A DNA stretch of 64,000 nucleotides from Camelus ferus. Its lineage: Eukaryota. Below the pieces are notes generated by a model. The model saw only the letters and a list, made by a program, of their open reading frames with translations. It searched no databases and was not told the origin of the DNA. A program made the position numbers and the translations under genes. The stretch spans positions 73,720,001 to 73,784,000 of the forward strand of contig NC_045696.1 of assembly GCF_009834535.1 (NCBI RefSeq), written 5' to 3'. Below are positions 23,032-36,400 of the stretch, piece after piece. The number at the start of each line of letters is the position of its first letter. Position 1 is the stretch's first letter.

Positions 23032-26000
23032 AAGACATAATTCCAGTCTGGATCCTAATGTTATCAACTTTTCATTCAAGTTAATGTTCAATATGCCTTT
23101 CAAAGTTACAACCAATTGAGACAAGAACACCAGCAGTAGAGAATTTTTAACCAATTTTTACCAAATTCTAAATAATGTTAAGCATTAAACTGAATATGGA
23201 ATCATAACGACCTATTTTACAACTACATGAAATAAATTTATTTAGCAGTTACCCCATATTCACTATTTCATCTCATTACAATCAATGAAGAAACAGAAAT
23301 TGTACATGATGAAAGCAAGCTTAACATCTAGGATACACTAATGTAATTTATCTATTTACACAAATAGTATTACTTCATTAGCATTTGAGGCTGGTACTTT
23401 AACAAATGGGTTTCCTAAGTCTTGGAAACCGGCCATTCCCAAAAAGAGGAAGATATAAGTAATAGAAAAGAATATGTTTGCCATTTTTTTAATGTATGAG
23501 CATTTCTATGCAGTAAGACTAAAAATGGACTTGGGTGTTATGTGAGAGACAACTTTAACTACAAACAGCTAAAATTTCCAGACTGGTTCCAAGAATCAAA
23601 CATTTTTAAAGATAAGATGTAAACTATACAAGTATATCATACTTTTTTAAATAAGTAAAATATTAAATTTAAAAACCGTAAGGTAAGGGAGTATCCTTTC
23701 TCAAATTATTCTTATTCCCTTTACCTAATTTCTCTCAAGGGATCTATCCCAATGTTATAACTAAATTATAAAGATGTATAACTATAACAACTGACTATCT
23801 ACTATAAAAGATGGAAGAAAAGGCATATGTCCAAGAACAAAAACTTGCCAATCCCTATTTTAACCAGAAAACATCACAATTCAGGAAAAAAAAAGTTTTT
23901 AGTATCAAATATGTTAAAATCAAGAAGAAAATTTTTTGTCTTATAAAATTATGTATCAGCTTGGGCTGATACATAAAGCTTCCTATGTAACATGTGTGTG
24001 TGTATATTAACTTGCTGAGTAAGTCAGGTTTCTTATAAAGACAAAGCATCCCACATGTGAAATCACTGGAGAAAAAAAATTTTTCTACTGCCCTTACAGT
24101 ATCTCAGAAAGTTATATATCCAGCTCAAGAGAATCTAAAGAACTCTTCATTTTCCCATTGCTCCAACTTTACAAGGTAAGCATTATTTTCCTAGCAATCT
24201 TCAGTTAGCAAACAACAGTCAAGAAAACACTTACCAAAAAATTTAATCATATTAAATAATATAAAGATTTTAAAATATAATGCTACCATTTTTTAAGAAA
24301 TCAAATAAAAAGCCACTAATTAGATTTAAAAATAAACTTTGAATCTTAAGACTTTTCAAAACCAACTTTCTTTTACAAATCATATAATGTCTTCTTGAAG
24401 CCATTACTACACCATGACACAAATTTATGTTTTATAATTTCACAGGAGCCCCCTAAGTGGGCTGGAAAGCAAACCTGAAGCAGCCAAATATGTTTTCAAA
24501 GTAATAGAATTTTAAAGTAAACCATGAAAAATCGTCAATGTTCAACCATTCCTGACCTACAAAAAGAAAAGATATTTCACATGGCCGAACTTTAGATAAA
24601 CGCCTGAAGAGCTCAATGAAAAGCTCTTTCCTGGATCATTTGTGTTCTAAATCAATTACTAATGGCCAAATCAAAGTCACCTCTTCCTCTTTCAAAGAGA
24701 AAAGGTTCCTAGAGCTGCAAAAGAACAAGTCAGGAGTCTGACACAAAAGTGACAACACCCTGTGAATACAACATGACATATTAAAGAGAATAGTATTTAG
24801 GACAAAAACTAAAACTGGTTATCGGCTTCCCAACCTTCAGGCTATATGACTTAAAAGGTTAATAAAGTATTCAGAGTTTAGAAGAGGCCTTCAAGAGACT
24901 GTTATGTCAAACTGAGATAATGTGTTTAAAAAGCCAGTTAGTTATATATTATATAGGTTAGTGTTATACAAATGTCAGCTGTTATCACTGCTATTACAGT
25001 ATTTGTGACTAGCAGAAAGAGAACAACGGCCAATGACAATTTTAAAAAATATATACTAGTCAATAAATTTCCCTGGAGAAAAGAATCAAGTTATATCAAA
25101 AATCTAAATACTCTAAAAAAAAAAAAAGCCAACATCCGTAGAAATACTAAAATGGATTATCTTGGAGGCCACAAAGAAAAAATTGGCAGATCTGAGCAAA
25201 AATATAACTTTACAAGCCACTAAGCAGTTTTTTAATGACTGCCTGAGAGAAAACACAATACATAACAGATAAAAAACTTTCCCATAAAATGCAAACATTT
25301 CCTACATCAAAAACTACATGGACCAAAAAAAAAAAGCCTACATGGACAAAAAATAAAAACACAATCAACAGAACATGGGGCTAACAGCCAATAAACAATT
25401 TAAGACATTTTATATCCCTAGTGATAAAGATTCAGAAGACCCAGAAGGTAACAGCTTTCTTCTATCATGTTTATAAAATTTTACAGATTAATAATAATTC
25501 AGCAAGTCAGTCTATGAGGAAACAAACATCTTCATGTGTTAGCAAAATTAGGAATTGGTAATTGAAAAAGCATTTTTGGAAGACAAAATGTTCCACTGAA
25601 ATTTTAAATACTCTAAGAGGGAAGGTTCACTTGTTACTTCATATAACTCTGTATCATTTCTTTTCCTACATTAAGCTTTATTACTTTGAATTTAAAGGGG
25701 AGGACTTAACATAAAGTCACTGGGCTCAAAACAAAAAGCACTAAATAACAGAATACCTTAACATTCAATGTCGTTTGGATAAATTCCTAAATGATGGTGG
25801 CATGTCAATCAATCCACAGGTGGCAAGATTAGACTTACGTGAATTTTCAAAAATTTCAAAAGCAAGAATAACATCTTAATTCCAGATCATAATTCTCACA
25901 ATTTTAAGGAGCAAATTTCACCAAGACTGAACCATAAAACAGAAAGTGAAATAAAACACTCTGTAATCATCCATTTCCAAATCATTCAATGTTATATACA

Positions 26001-27910
26001 CAACTGGGGAGGCAAGTCACAAAGGTGGTCCAGGAACTGGACAGGACCTTCCCAGACTGAGACTGGGGAAAGCATACTATAAATAACACCCTCAGCACTC
26101 CACCAACTTTTTCCTCTAATCTGAACCTTTATACTACTAGTAACTGTCTGAACAATTATTAAAAGTATGAAAAGCACTACTCTCAGAATTGACCACATAC
26201 ATTTCTAATTCTAGCATTTTCAAAACTAAGTCATTCCTTGCCTGACCTGACTCATAATTCCAGAAGAAAAAACTTTCTAAAATGGAAATAAACTTTAAAA
26301 AATGAAAACAAATCAAGCTCTTTTATCCATCCTCACAGTAAGATGTTGATTAGAAAAGGATATAATATTAAGAAAAACATTATCACTGGAGTCTAAAGCC
26401 CAAGTGAATATGGAACAGTAATCAGCAGCATCACTGTTACAATTCATAGCACCCATCAAGTACCCCCAGTACTAATTAATATTCAGTAGTCACTTTGCCA
26501 TATTATTTCCCCAAATCTTCCCGTATCATCAGTGACATTTCCCTCAAGGACACAAATACACAAAACACCTAGATTACAGTTAAAGGTCTCTTCACAAAAA
26601 AATTCTTAGTATCCATTTTTGGTGTTAATCAACTACAAAAGAAAAAAGTAAACTTGAAAGCTGTAATACTAGGGAGTGGGCTCATGGAGCCCTGACACAA
26701 TTAAGTTACAACATGCTTTGATTTAGCAAAAGCAGAAGACTTCAATAAACTTAGAGCAGGTAATTAAAATCTAGGCAGGATTTTAGAATGTGATTTCAAG
26801 TTGTTAGGGGTTAAAGTCCTACAATTTGGTTTCCTAGCCTAACATCTACAATTAATGAGAACTCAAACAAAATGTAACATTAAAGCAATAACGAAGAATA
26901 AAAGTGGCAGGTAACTAAATGAGTTCATCTACCAAGTACTCAGAACAGTGTCTGGCACAGAGTATGTACTGTTAAGTGTTTATAATTTCAACACTAAAGA
27001 TTCTCCTATGCCCCCAATTCTCCTACCCCAGCCTACATAAACTAGTACAAATGAGATTTAAAAATCTCTTTCAATATTACCAAGCCAACTCCTTATGAGA
27101 AATATATTTAGCACATTTGAGCTCCTCGGAGTTATCAATCTCTTGAAAATCAAAAATCAAATTTCCTATCTCCAACAAACTCATTATACTTCTGTTTGAT
27201 AATTATTTCCAAGCTTCTTTTTACAAAACAGCAGGCGTTATTAATCAAAAATATTAACATATTGTAGACAGACACCCAAGATCTACCAAGTGTGAAAAAA
27301 GCACAATACAAAGCAGGAGTATTTTTATTTTTAAAAGGAGGAAGAAGAGCCTAGGGATAGATATGTAAATCAAGAAATGCGTTTTTTATATCTGGGCAGT
27401 GATTTTTGGTTTTTCCTTTTTGTTTTTCCTTTCAAATTTTTCTGAAAATTCCCAGAATTGTCAACAAGGCAATACACTAATTACAATATTTCATGTTGTT
27501 ACAAATGAACTATATTATTGATCACTACAATAAATAACTATTTTTACAAAGATACTGAGGAAAAAGACAAAATTAGCAAAAAGAAGAAAAATAATGACCA
27601 ACGTATATAGTTCTCTGCCAGATTCTGTGCAAAGTAACTCAAACCCCTATCATATTTAACTCTCAAATTATTTTTTAGTAGTGAAGAAATCTGACAAGGG
27701 CTACAAAGCTAAAAATGGTAGAGCTGAGACATCTCAGTTCTGACTCCAAAACTCAAGCATTGCTACATGACACAGCCATTACCAATTAAAAAGAACAGAA
27801 TAAAGGAATTAGATTTATTCTCTCTCAACTAAACAGATTTTCCTACAAGAATATTTATTTAAAACAAAACAAAAATAGGCACACAAGAAAATAAACTTAC
27901 AAATACATAC

Positions 27911-28004
27911 CTCTACTTCATCTCCTTCACTAATTTCTTTTTTTATATCAGGTGGTGGTGGTAATCTAACTTCATTAAATGGAACCTGGCGTTCTGGTTG
28001 CCAA
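27911..28004 (-). CDS. FXR1: FXR1 exon 3 (94 nt, [31 protein letters not shown])
   Basis: ctttag acceptor, GTATGT donor, translation matches the family. Confidence 0.97.
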
Positions 28005-29467
28005 CTAAAGGATTAGAAAATGAATTACCAATGTTAAAATATATTATTCTAATAGCACCTAACATGAAAGCTATATAGTCTATAGTTAGTGCTGTATATT
28101 TTTCAAATCAATCATTTAGCTTTCCCAAAAGAAAATCAACCTCCGTATTAAATCTTTCTCCCAATAATTAGTTTGTTGAGGTCGAACAGACTCTGTATTA
28201 CTTGATGAAGTTTAACATCACTGATGATAATTATGTAATACCTTCCAAATTACTCACCCTAAGGTAACAGTACATACATTATTCTGCAAATGAAACAGGC
28301 TAAGTTCACAGTAATGATTGAGATTCAAAATAATGTCATTTCTACACTGCTGCAATGGGATCAACTTACTGCAAACACTTTTACAACTTTACAAACTGTC
28401 AAAGGAACACAATCTCAGAGATTATAAAACAACATAAACTGCTTAATTCCCTTCTGGTGTACATGTTCACAGAAATAAAGAAAACTATTCAATTATTTTG
28501 AACAGTTGATTTATAAAATATTTCATTTTCTTACACAGAATTTATCTTTTCTACAATGAACACATAACACATACATTATAATTAAAACTTACAAAAAGCT
28601 TACTTTAAATCTTCGTAGCAAATATGAATGTATTAAAGCTACTTATTTAGCTGTTGTTTAATTTGTATTTTATACGGTTAAGTTGATAAAGTTAAAATTC
28701 TTCCCTACTTTAAGTCCTAAAAGGTCATTTATATGCCTGGGAGGTACCCCAGCACGTAAAATATTCCTACAGCTTCTATGTGCCAACGTTGGGCAAAATG
28801 CTAGACAAGTAAAAGACATGAATGCTTTTTCTTTTCATCTTTACTGTCTAAATGGCACCTGCTCAAATACAGAAATCATCTCAACATTTGTTTCTACATG
28901 AAACAGCTGTTGGGCATATTTCTTTTCAGGCAGCTCCAGAAGTAGCTTAAAAGCAAAAAGTTGACCAGTTCTTTTCTGACCTTCAATTATACAGTACTCC
29001 TTCATAATGCTTCCTATCCATGTCTTTCACATTTTTACCTAATCTTTACAAAATCTGTAAAATTAATAAGCAAGCAGTTAAAGGCAGACTAATACTTATT
29101 CTATCAGTAGTCACTTGGAAAGCCTTCTAACAACATCGTTTCAAAATTCTGGGTTTTTAAGAACTAAGCATATGATATAAATCCCATTTGTGCCATCTAT
29201 CTTTGCAAAAACCACTTACTAATTCATGTCCACATGTGATCTAACAAAGAAAAGTGTCACGGAAAAAGAGACAAGTGAATTGTGGGCAGAAAAACAGGTG
29301 AAATTACCAAAACTAAAATTGCATAAACTCTTAAAATGATCAAACCATCAAAGAGTCTCACCCAAAAGCCAACTCATTGTCGACTGGCAATAGGAACAGT
29401 CAAAAACCAACAGTTTTGCACTACCAATCTTTAAAATTAAGATCTCTATCAATAAAAAATAACTTAC

Positions 29468-29520
29468 TTGTTCTCAAAAACAACTGTGAGGGAGTCTTCA
29501 TGAACATCTTTGATAAATCC
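29468..29520 (-). CDS. FXR1: FXR1 exon 2 (53 nt, GFIKDVHEDSLTVVFENN), Agenet 1
   Basis: tttacag acceptor, GTAAGT donor, in phase with exon 1. Confidence 0.97.
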
Positions 29521-30283
29521 CTGTAAAAAAATTAGAAGAATATCAATACTCAATTAAATGTTACGTTAACTCTAAAAGGCTATATTAGAGGTACAAAGAC
29601 AACATGGACTGATAACAAACCAGAGTTTGGAATTAGGCTGATCTAGGTCTGATTTCCATCTCCATCATTTGTGAGATGTATGACCCTGGAAGTTACTTAA
29701 CCTCAGTTTTCACATAATATCACCTACCTCAGAATTAGGAAAAACAAATGCACATCCCTGAAACATCACAGGTATTAGTCAAGACTCAAACTGGGTGAGG
29801 CAATATTTAGTACTTGGACTAAGAGTTCAGGCTGCCAGGATTCACATCCCAGGCTGTATCACTTATGTATTATTGAGCATAGCTTTAACCTAACAGTCCA
29901 TTACTATTTCCTACCTCATGGAATTATAAAAATTAAGTAAAATAATTAATGTTTACCAGTGTTATAAATATTAAATTATAGCTCACCTTTAATAAAAGGA
30001 ATGACTACATTTTGAATGCTAACCTTACCTTTAAATTATGCATTTTTCCTACCAACTTCTCTTTCTCCTTAGCTTAATAAAAACTGAGCCGTAATGAGTA
30101 TACTGCCTCAGAAACATTTTGGAATGAATATGGATTCTCAATAAAAATCAGTGGTCATTTTCTAGCCCTAACATTAATTTTGAATCTAGTCTTTTTATTC
30201 TATCTTCATTTGATTAATACAGCTGAAAGGAACCATAAGATCTGACATATTAAAGGAGGAGCAAATGACTTGGATGTAGAATA

Positions 30284-30473
30284 CAGTCATCCCTCAGTAT
30301 CCACAGAAGACTGGTTCCAGGACTCTCAATACCCTCTCACTCCCAGCAGACACCAAAATCCAAGGATGCTCAAGTCCCTTATATAAAATGGTGTGGTACA
30401 CCTGACCCTCCATATCCATGGGTTCAACCCACAGTTGGCTGAATCTGCAAATGTGGATACCAAGGACCAACTG
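30284..30473. mobile_element. MER2-like TcMar-Tigger MITE
   Basis: cagtcatccctcagtatccac...gtggataccaaggaccaactg, TA flanks, internal caccaaaatccaaggatgctcaagtcccttatataaaatgg. Confidence 0.85.
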
Positions 30474-33400
30474 TAATTGTTGTTCAAGTCCTTGCTCCAT
30501 CACTATGTAATCTTGGGCAAGCAGTCCTTGCACTTCTGTGATCACAACTGGCATCAAATGACACTGTACATTACTGTCAATCAGAACTGCAAAGTTCTCA
30601 ACCTTAGTCAAATGCTTACAAACTGAACCACTAGGTACTTAGTAAATACGTTTCTAAAACAACTATCACACTAGACTTTCATAATGTGCACTAAAAACTA
30701 GCTAAATAGACACACATATTTGCAGTACCTGGTTAAAACATGATAAAAATAAATACATCTGTTTACTTCATCTCCTCCCAAAAGTCTATTAACTACTACT
30801 AAAAGAATTTTAAGGCATAACCCTACAAGGGAAAAAAAAAAAAAACCAAAGAGGAAAAACTTACAGTAAAATTTGGGAAATTTATAAAGCAGAAAAGGAA
30901 TAACAGTAATTTAAAAAGCAGCAATTACCAACATATAAATGCTTACGGCGTGTCAGACATTATTTTAAGCAAATCAGCAAACCAAAGACTATAAAACAAA
31001 TTGGTGGTGGAAAAACCAAAAAGCAAGCAGATTGGCACTATCATCCTAGAAAATCTTTGGAACTGAAGATACAAAGTCTTGGAGAGAAGGTAACAGATGG
31101 GGCTGAAAATAAAATCATTTTATTTTCTTTAATAATGTAGGATCACCAATCATACAGTATATAACTCATAAATCTAGTTTCCCAGCACCCTCCTCCCACA
31201 TGTGTTACTCAATTGTATGATTCTGTAATTTGGCCTTGCTCTCTCTCCAGCTCCAAATGCTTGTTATCGATTTATTTGTGTGCTACCAGATATTTCAATG
31301 CAAATATCCTACTGTACGGCCTAACCTTAAAGACACCTGCCTTTCAAGAGTGCTACAGTAGCTCTTGCCTTTTATTTCTGAAGACATTTTTTGTTCCTTT
31401 CTCCTCTCAAAGCTTAAAATTAAGAGCTACCACATAGTTTAAGCGCTGATAATCTGATACTGCTGTAACAATGACTTCCTGGCCAGCTTCTCTATTTCTA
31501 CTAGTCCATGTAATTTCAGCAATCATATTGGTCAACACTTTCATAGTTATGTCACCAGTAAATCTATCTGTATTATACTCGTGCCATTTCTAAGGAATAT
31601 TTCATAAACTGAGATTTACCAAGTTCATAAATATTAAGAGTAAAACATCTATTCATCAGAGGTTAGTCATATTAAAACTTTCACTAACATTCTTCTGGTC
31701 CTTCACAAACAACTTTCAGAGTTTGGGCTGTTACATTAATTAATCATTTCTGTGTAACTTGCACCATGGATAAGTTCATATCAGAGCTCCAAGTCACTGG
31801 GAGAGTCTACTCTTCGTTATAATAAAAATCTTTTTTTCTATCTAAAAATCAGTGTTTATATCTCTCCCCACTTCTACTTTACTTCCACCACAAAAATCAG
31901 CATCAGCTTTGTTTGGGTGCACACTTTAAGAAAAAATACAGCTCTGGAACCTACTCATATTGCTAGTATCCTTCAGGCATGAGACTGAATAAAGTAAAAA
32001 CCTGACACCCACTCCTTTAAGTATACTTGAACTGTAGTGAACAATTAGAAAACATCCCCAAACTCTAGATTCTAGGTATAAGGGGCTTCTGATGGTTAGA
32101 TCTCTATAAAATTTGAGTCCATTTGATGCAGGACACAGTCAACACTTTTCCAGTCACTAGAGTGACTGTAGTTCCCTATATAGTAAAGAGATGCAAAATG
32201 GCAGAGTTAGGTCTTTGCCAAAGTATGTGAGGACCAGGGAGACATCCAATAACAATGGCAAGAATTTGCCTGCACAAGGCTAAGGGGACTTTATGACTTT
32301 AAGTCTGCATAACTCATGCCCTGCTAGTCCAAGCTTTGGGTATCTTCCTATTCACACTCATGTAGCCCAGAACCCGTATTTCTCAAAAGAAATCCTTTGA
32401 TATTTTTCTCTTTCCCATACATATGCAAACATGGAAGATTCCAAGCCATCATAAAATGGCCCTTTAATTTGTTCATTAACACAGTCTGATACATACTTAT
32501 GTTTCAAACTCTTCACTATAATTTAAAATAATGATTGATAGGTAATAAGGCACTTTAACATACATAAAGTGCAATCAAAATATCTTAGAATGCTATCCCT
32601 GACAAAGTAACAAATAGAGCATCATATAGCAAAAGTCCAGGAATGCCATAAATCATCTATAAATTAGGAGTAAGGGAGGGGATGGAGGGAATAGCAGGAA
32701 TCCCTAAGCACTGGAAGCACCATTTGAAGAACTGTTTTCTCAAAATCAACCTAGCCTAAACATAAAAACTTTAAAAAGACACTCTAAGGTTCAGTAATGT
32801 GTCAAGTTAACCAATAATCAAGTAGCTAAAAATAAGAAGCTAGAAAATAAAACAGACAAAAAATATTCTACTAACAACAGCCATCAAAAAATAAAGGCCT
32901 AGAAATGCCCTCAATAACAACACACACACACACAAAATGTGCAGGACCTATGTGCAGAAATCTCTGAAACTTGACTAATGAGTATAAATAGAATATTTAG
33001 GAAAATGTAAACACCCATCACATTCTTAGGTCTTGATATTGTAAAAATCTCAAAATGCCTCTAAATGAGATCCCACTGAAGTATTAAGGGAGTATATAAT
33101 TCTGTTGGGGGAATAAGGAATAACCTTAATAAAATTAAACCAAAGTCTATTTTGAAAACAAGGCACTCAAAAAGGAAATTTTTAAATGGGGGTAGCAGAT
33201 AACAAAACATTATCCATACCAAATACTAAAGTTTATTTTAAAGCTACAATAATCAAAACAAAAAAGATATTTTAATAGAACATAGATCCTAAAAATAGGT
33301 CTAAATCTTTTAAGAAATTACAAACGGGGAAAAAATGATTATTTTTAAATGAATGGTACTGGAACATTTAGATAATTATTTGGAAAAATAGAAATTGATG

Positions 33401-36400
33401 TCTTCACCAACAATAAAACCAATGGATCAAAGACTCCAGGAGAAAGCTTAAGTAAATTATTTATAACCTCAGATTAAAGAAGGCTTCTCTAACCAAAAAT
33501 CAAAACCCAAAAGCCACAAACCAAAAGTTTGATAAATTTATACTACCTAAAAGCCAAATATGATCAATACGTGGTGTTACATACCAAAAAAGGAAAGGGA
33601 AAGAAAAGGTAAAAGGGAAAGAGGAAAACAACACACAACAGAATTGAATTCTCAATTTATAATATTCTCAGGTGAGTTAAGAGAAGGTAACACTGGGTAT
33701 GAACTATGAATGGTAATTCACAGAAAAAAATAGATTATAATTTTACTAATATATAAATTCTCTTTAAAATGTTACATATTCATTCTATACTTTTCTCTTC
33801 ACATTTCATACATTTCTTGTAGACTCTTATCAGAAGATCAACCTCATTTTAAAAAACATTTTATAAGGTGTTTGACAATCCTGATGTGGGAGCTTATAAT
33901 GACCTGTGCAAAGAACAAGGTGCACTTCAAGATATCTCCCTAACTTGGACGTACAGTTTTGAAGTTACAGAACACTACAGCTAAAAATAGAAGGTTTTTT
34001 AACTTGTGGAGGGTAGTCATAGGCGAAAAAAATTCTACTGGTTAAGCAGAAAGAAACACGGTATGAATGTATTTCGCAAATTGAAAGACTTGAGATTATA
34101 TAGCTAAAAATCAGAACAGACGAATCATGGACCCTGGCTGTGGGAAAGACTGAAGATAAAGACAATTTCTTTTACAGACCTACCAGATCCCTCGTGTTAA
34201 GAGAAAGGAAAGCTGAAACCATACACATCCTTACAGCACCACAGTTTTATTCCTGAAGTTATAAATGCTGAATTTAAAACCTCATCTTCTGTCTGAACTC
34301 TTTTCATTAAATCATTTTCAATTTGATAATAAAATGCTTTTGCCAGTTTGCAGCTTTAAACTCCAAAAGGTTAAGTCTGGTCGCAACTCTATTTTGAAGA
34401 AAAGGCTTTTTCCTAAAAAGCCTATGTAAGGCAAAGTCCCAGAACAAAAACATAAAAAATCTAATTCAAAATCTAAACTGGAAAGGCAGCTATCTTGTCC
34501 AAAACATGGACTGAGGTTAAATAAACTAAAATTCTTATGTTTGAAATACTGATCAATTTATCAGAGACTTTGCTTGAGCGGTAACTTAGAAATCTACAGA
34601 TGCATGAATTCCTTTGAAAACATGCCCACTAAACTCAGTAAGAATGTTATCATCCTACTCTAAAAAAAATTCCTCTGACTATAAAGTATCATTTCAAATT
34701 TACCTCTACTTTAGATTTTTCAGAAAACCACTAATGACCTGTTATTGCAATTCATTACCACACCAAATTTATATTCCTTATAAAGAGGGAAATAGAAACT
34801 TAAATCCTTAATACTCAGTGAACTACTACCAGAAGTCAGACAGCTTGAATCCTCAAAGATAGGTTTAAAGTGGAAGAACAGATCCAAAAACTCGAGACTT
34901 ACACCCTAAACTAACTCTTAAGCTTCAAAATTCCTGTTGGAAGAGTTTGCTGATTGCCAAAAGACTGAGCAAAAAAAAAGGCCATCAAGAAACAGAACAA
35001 TCTTCCTAATTAGAGTGTAGATTTTTAAAAACTATAATGTCAAGTTGTAAAAGCAAGGATTCATCAGGAATCAAAACCTCTAGTTCACATTTATCCTTTT
35101 AAGTAAAAACCAAAAAGTTCTCACACTCACATTACTGCCTCCTTCAAACCTGATCAAGTATTCTTACATAATTTAAGATCCACTCTAGCTTTCATACTTC
35201 TATCAAAGTTTTTGTTTTTATAAGTCTTCTCAAGACCACTGGAGTGAAATTTAAAGATTTTTTAAAATATTTATTTGCCAGAACTAACAACTACATTTTA
35301 GATGCCTTTTCCAATATGTTAAGGCATTACAGTCCATGGCTTAATTACTGAAGCAAACTTGTGATAAAACACTGCATTTCTAAAATTAAACTGATTAAAA
35401 TAAATTTAATATATAACTTATTAGACATTGGGATCAATTTGTTCTATCCTGTAGGGCCTTTCCTCTGACTCGGTAAATGCTCCATTTTCCCCAACTCCAT
35501 CAGTTAAAGTTTACTGCTGTGGATAAATGTGATGAGATAAATATGACCCAGGAGAAAGGAAAAGTTAATAGTACAATTTATGCAAAATGCACCTCAGGTT
35601 TTTGCTTTTCAAGAACTGGCAAAATGATCACTTGTTATTCTTTGACCAATTATCCAGTTTATTGAGATTCATTCTCTAGCCCCAGTCTACCTTCCCAGCC
35701 CATCAATTCTAACAATTTAACATCCCTGAAATGAGGGATGCTTCTTACAACTGAACAGCCGATAGCCGAATGGCAGTCAGGATATAAATGTCATTATTAA
35801 GCATGCTCAAACTTGGTTTGCTTGAACTTTTCTGTGGTACGTGACTGTAAACCCTTTGATAGTTTATTCAGCAAACCAATGAAGTATCATTTTAGAAAGG
35901 ACTAAGGTTTCTTACCAGAAGGTTGTTCTGTTGACACCTTCTGATAAAATCAAGAAAGCACCAGCATCAAAACTTGCAGAGTGGGTGAAAATTCTTGGAA
36001 GAAAATCCTAGAGATAATAGAGGAGAGCTCTTTTAAAGTATGCTTGCAACATCAATGCTCTCCACGGCACTAAGGAAGATATTCTAAGAAGAAACACAAG
36101 CATCTGAATGTGTAGATGTTCTAACCAATTCATTTTGCTTTTATTTTCCATTTTATGTATGGGTTTAAAGATAATCTTTCAACAAGTATGTTACAAGAAT
36201 TCTAAAAGATAAAGCTATCAGTTATAAATTAACTGGCAACATTTCTTCTTTCTTAGTGCCTCTTAACAGCTGTTGTGCTTCTAGATACAATGAAATCATA
36301 GCGATCTTTCACTAATTTCCCAAATCTACAAAAGAAAAAATAACCTGTTCCCTGGATTCTAAAACCCAACTTTCAACTATATAGACATCCCTACCCATCG

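Noticed and set aside
24681..24714. 34-nt pseudo-exon in intron 3 (cttttgcag|...GAG|GTGACT)
   Set aside because: Short tract and mediocre donor; such matches arise by chance in long AT-rich introns.
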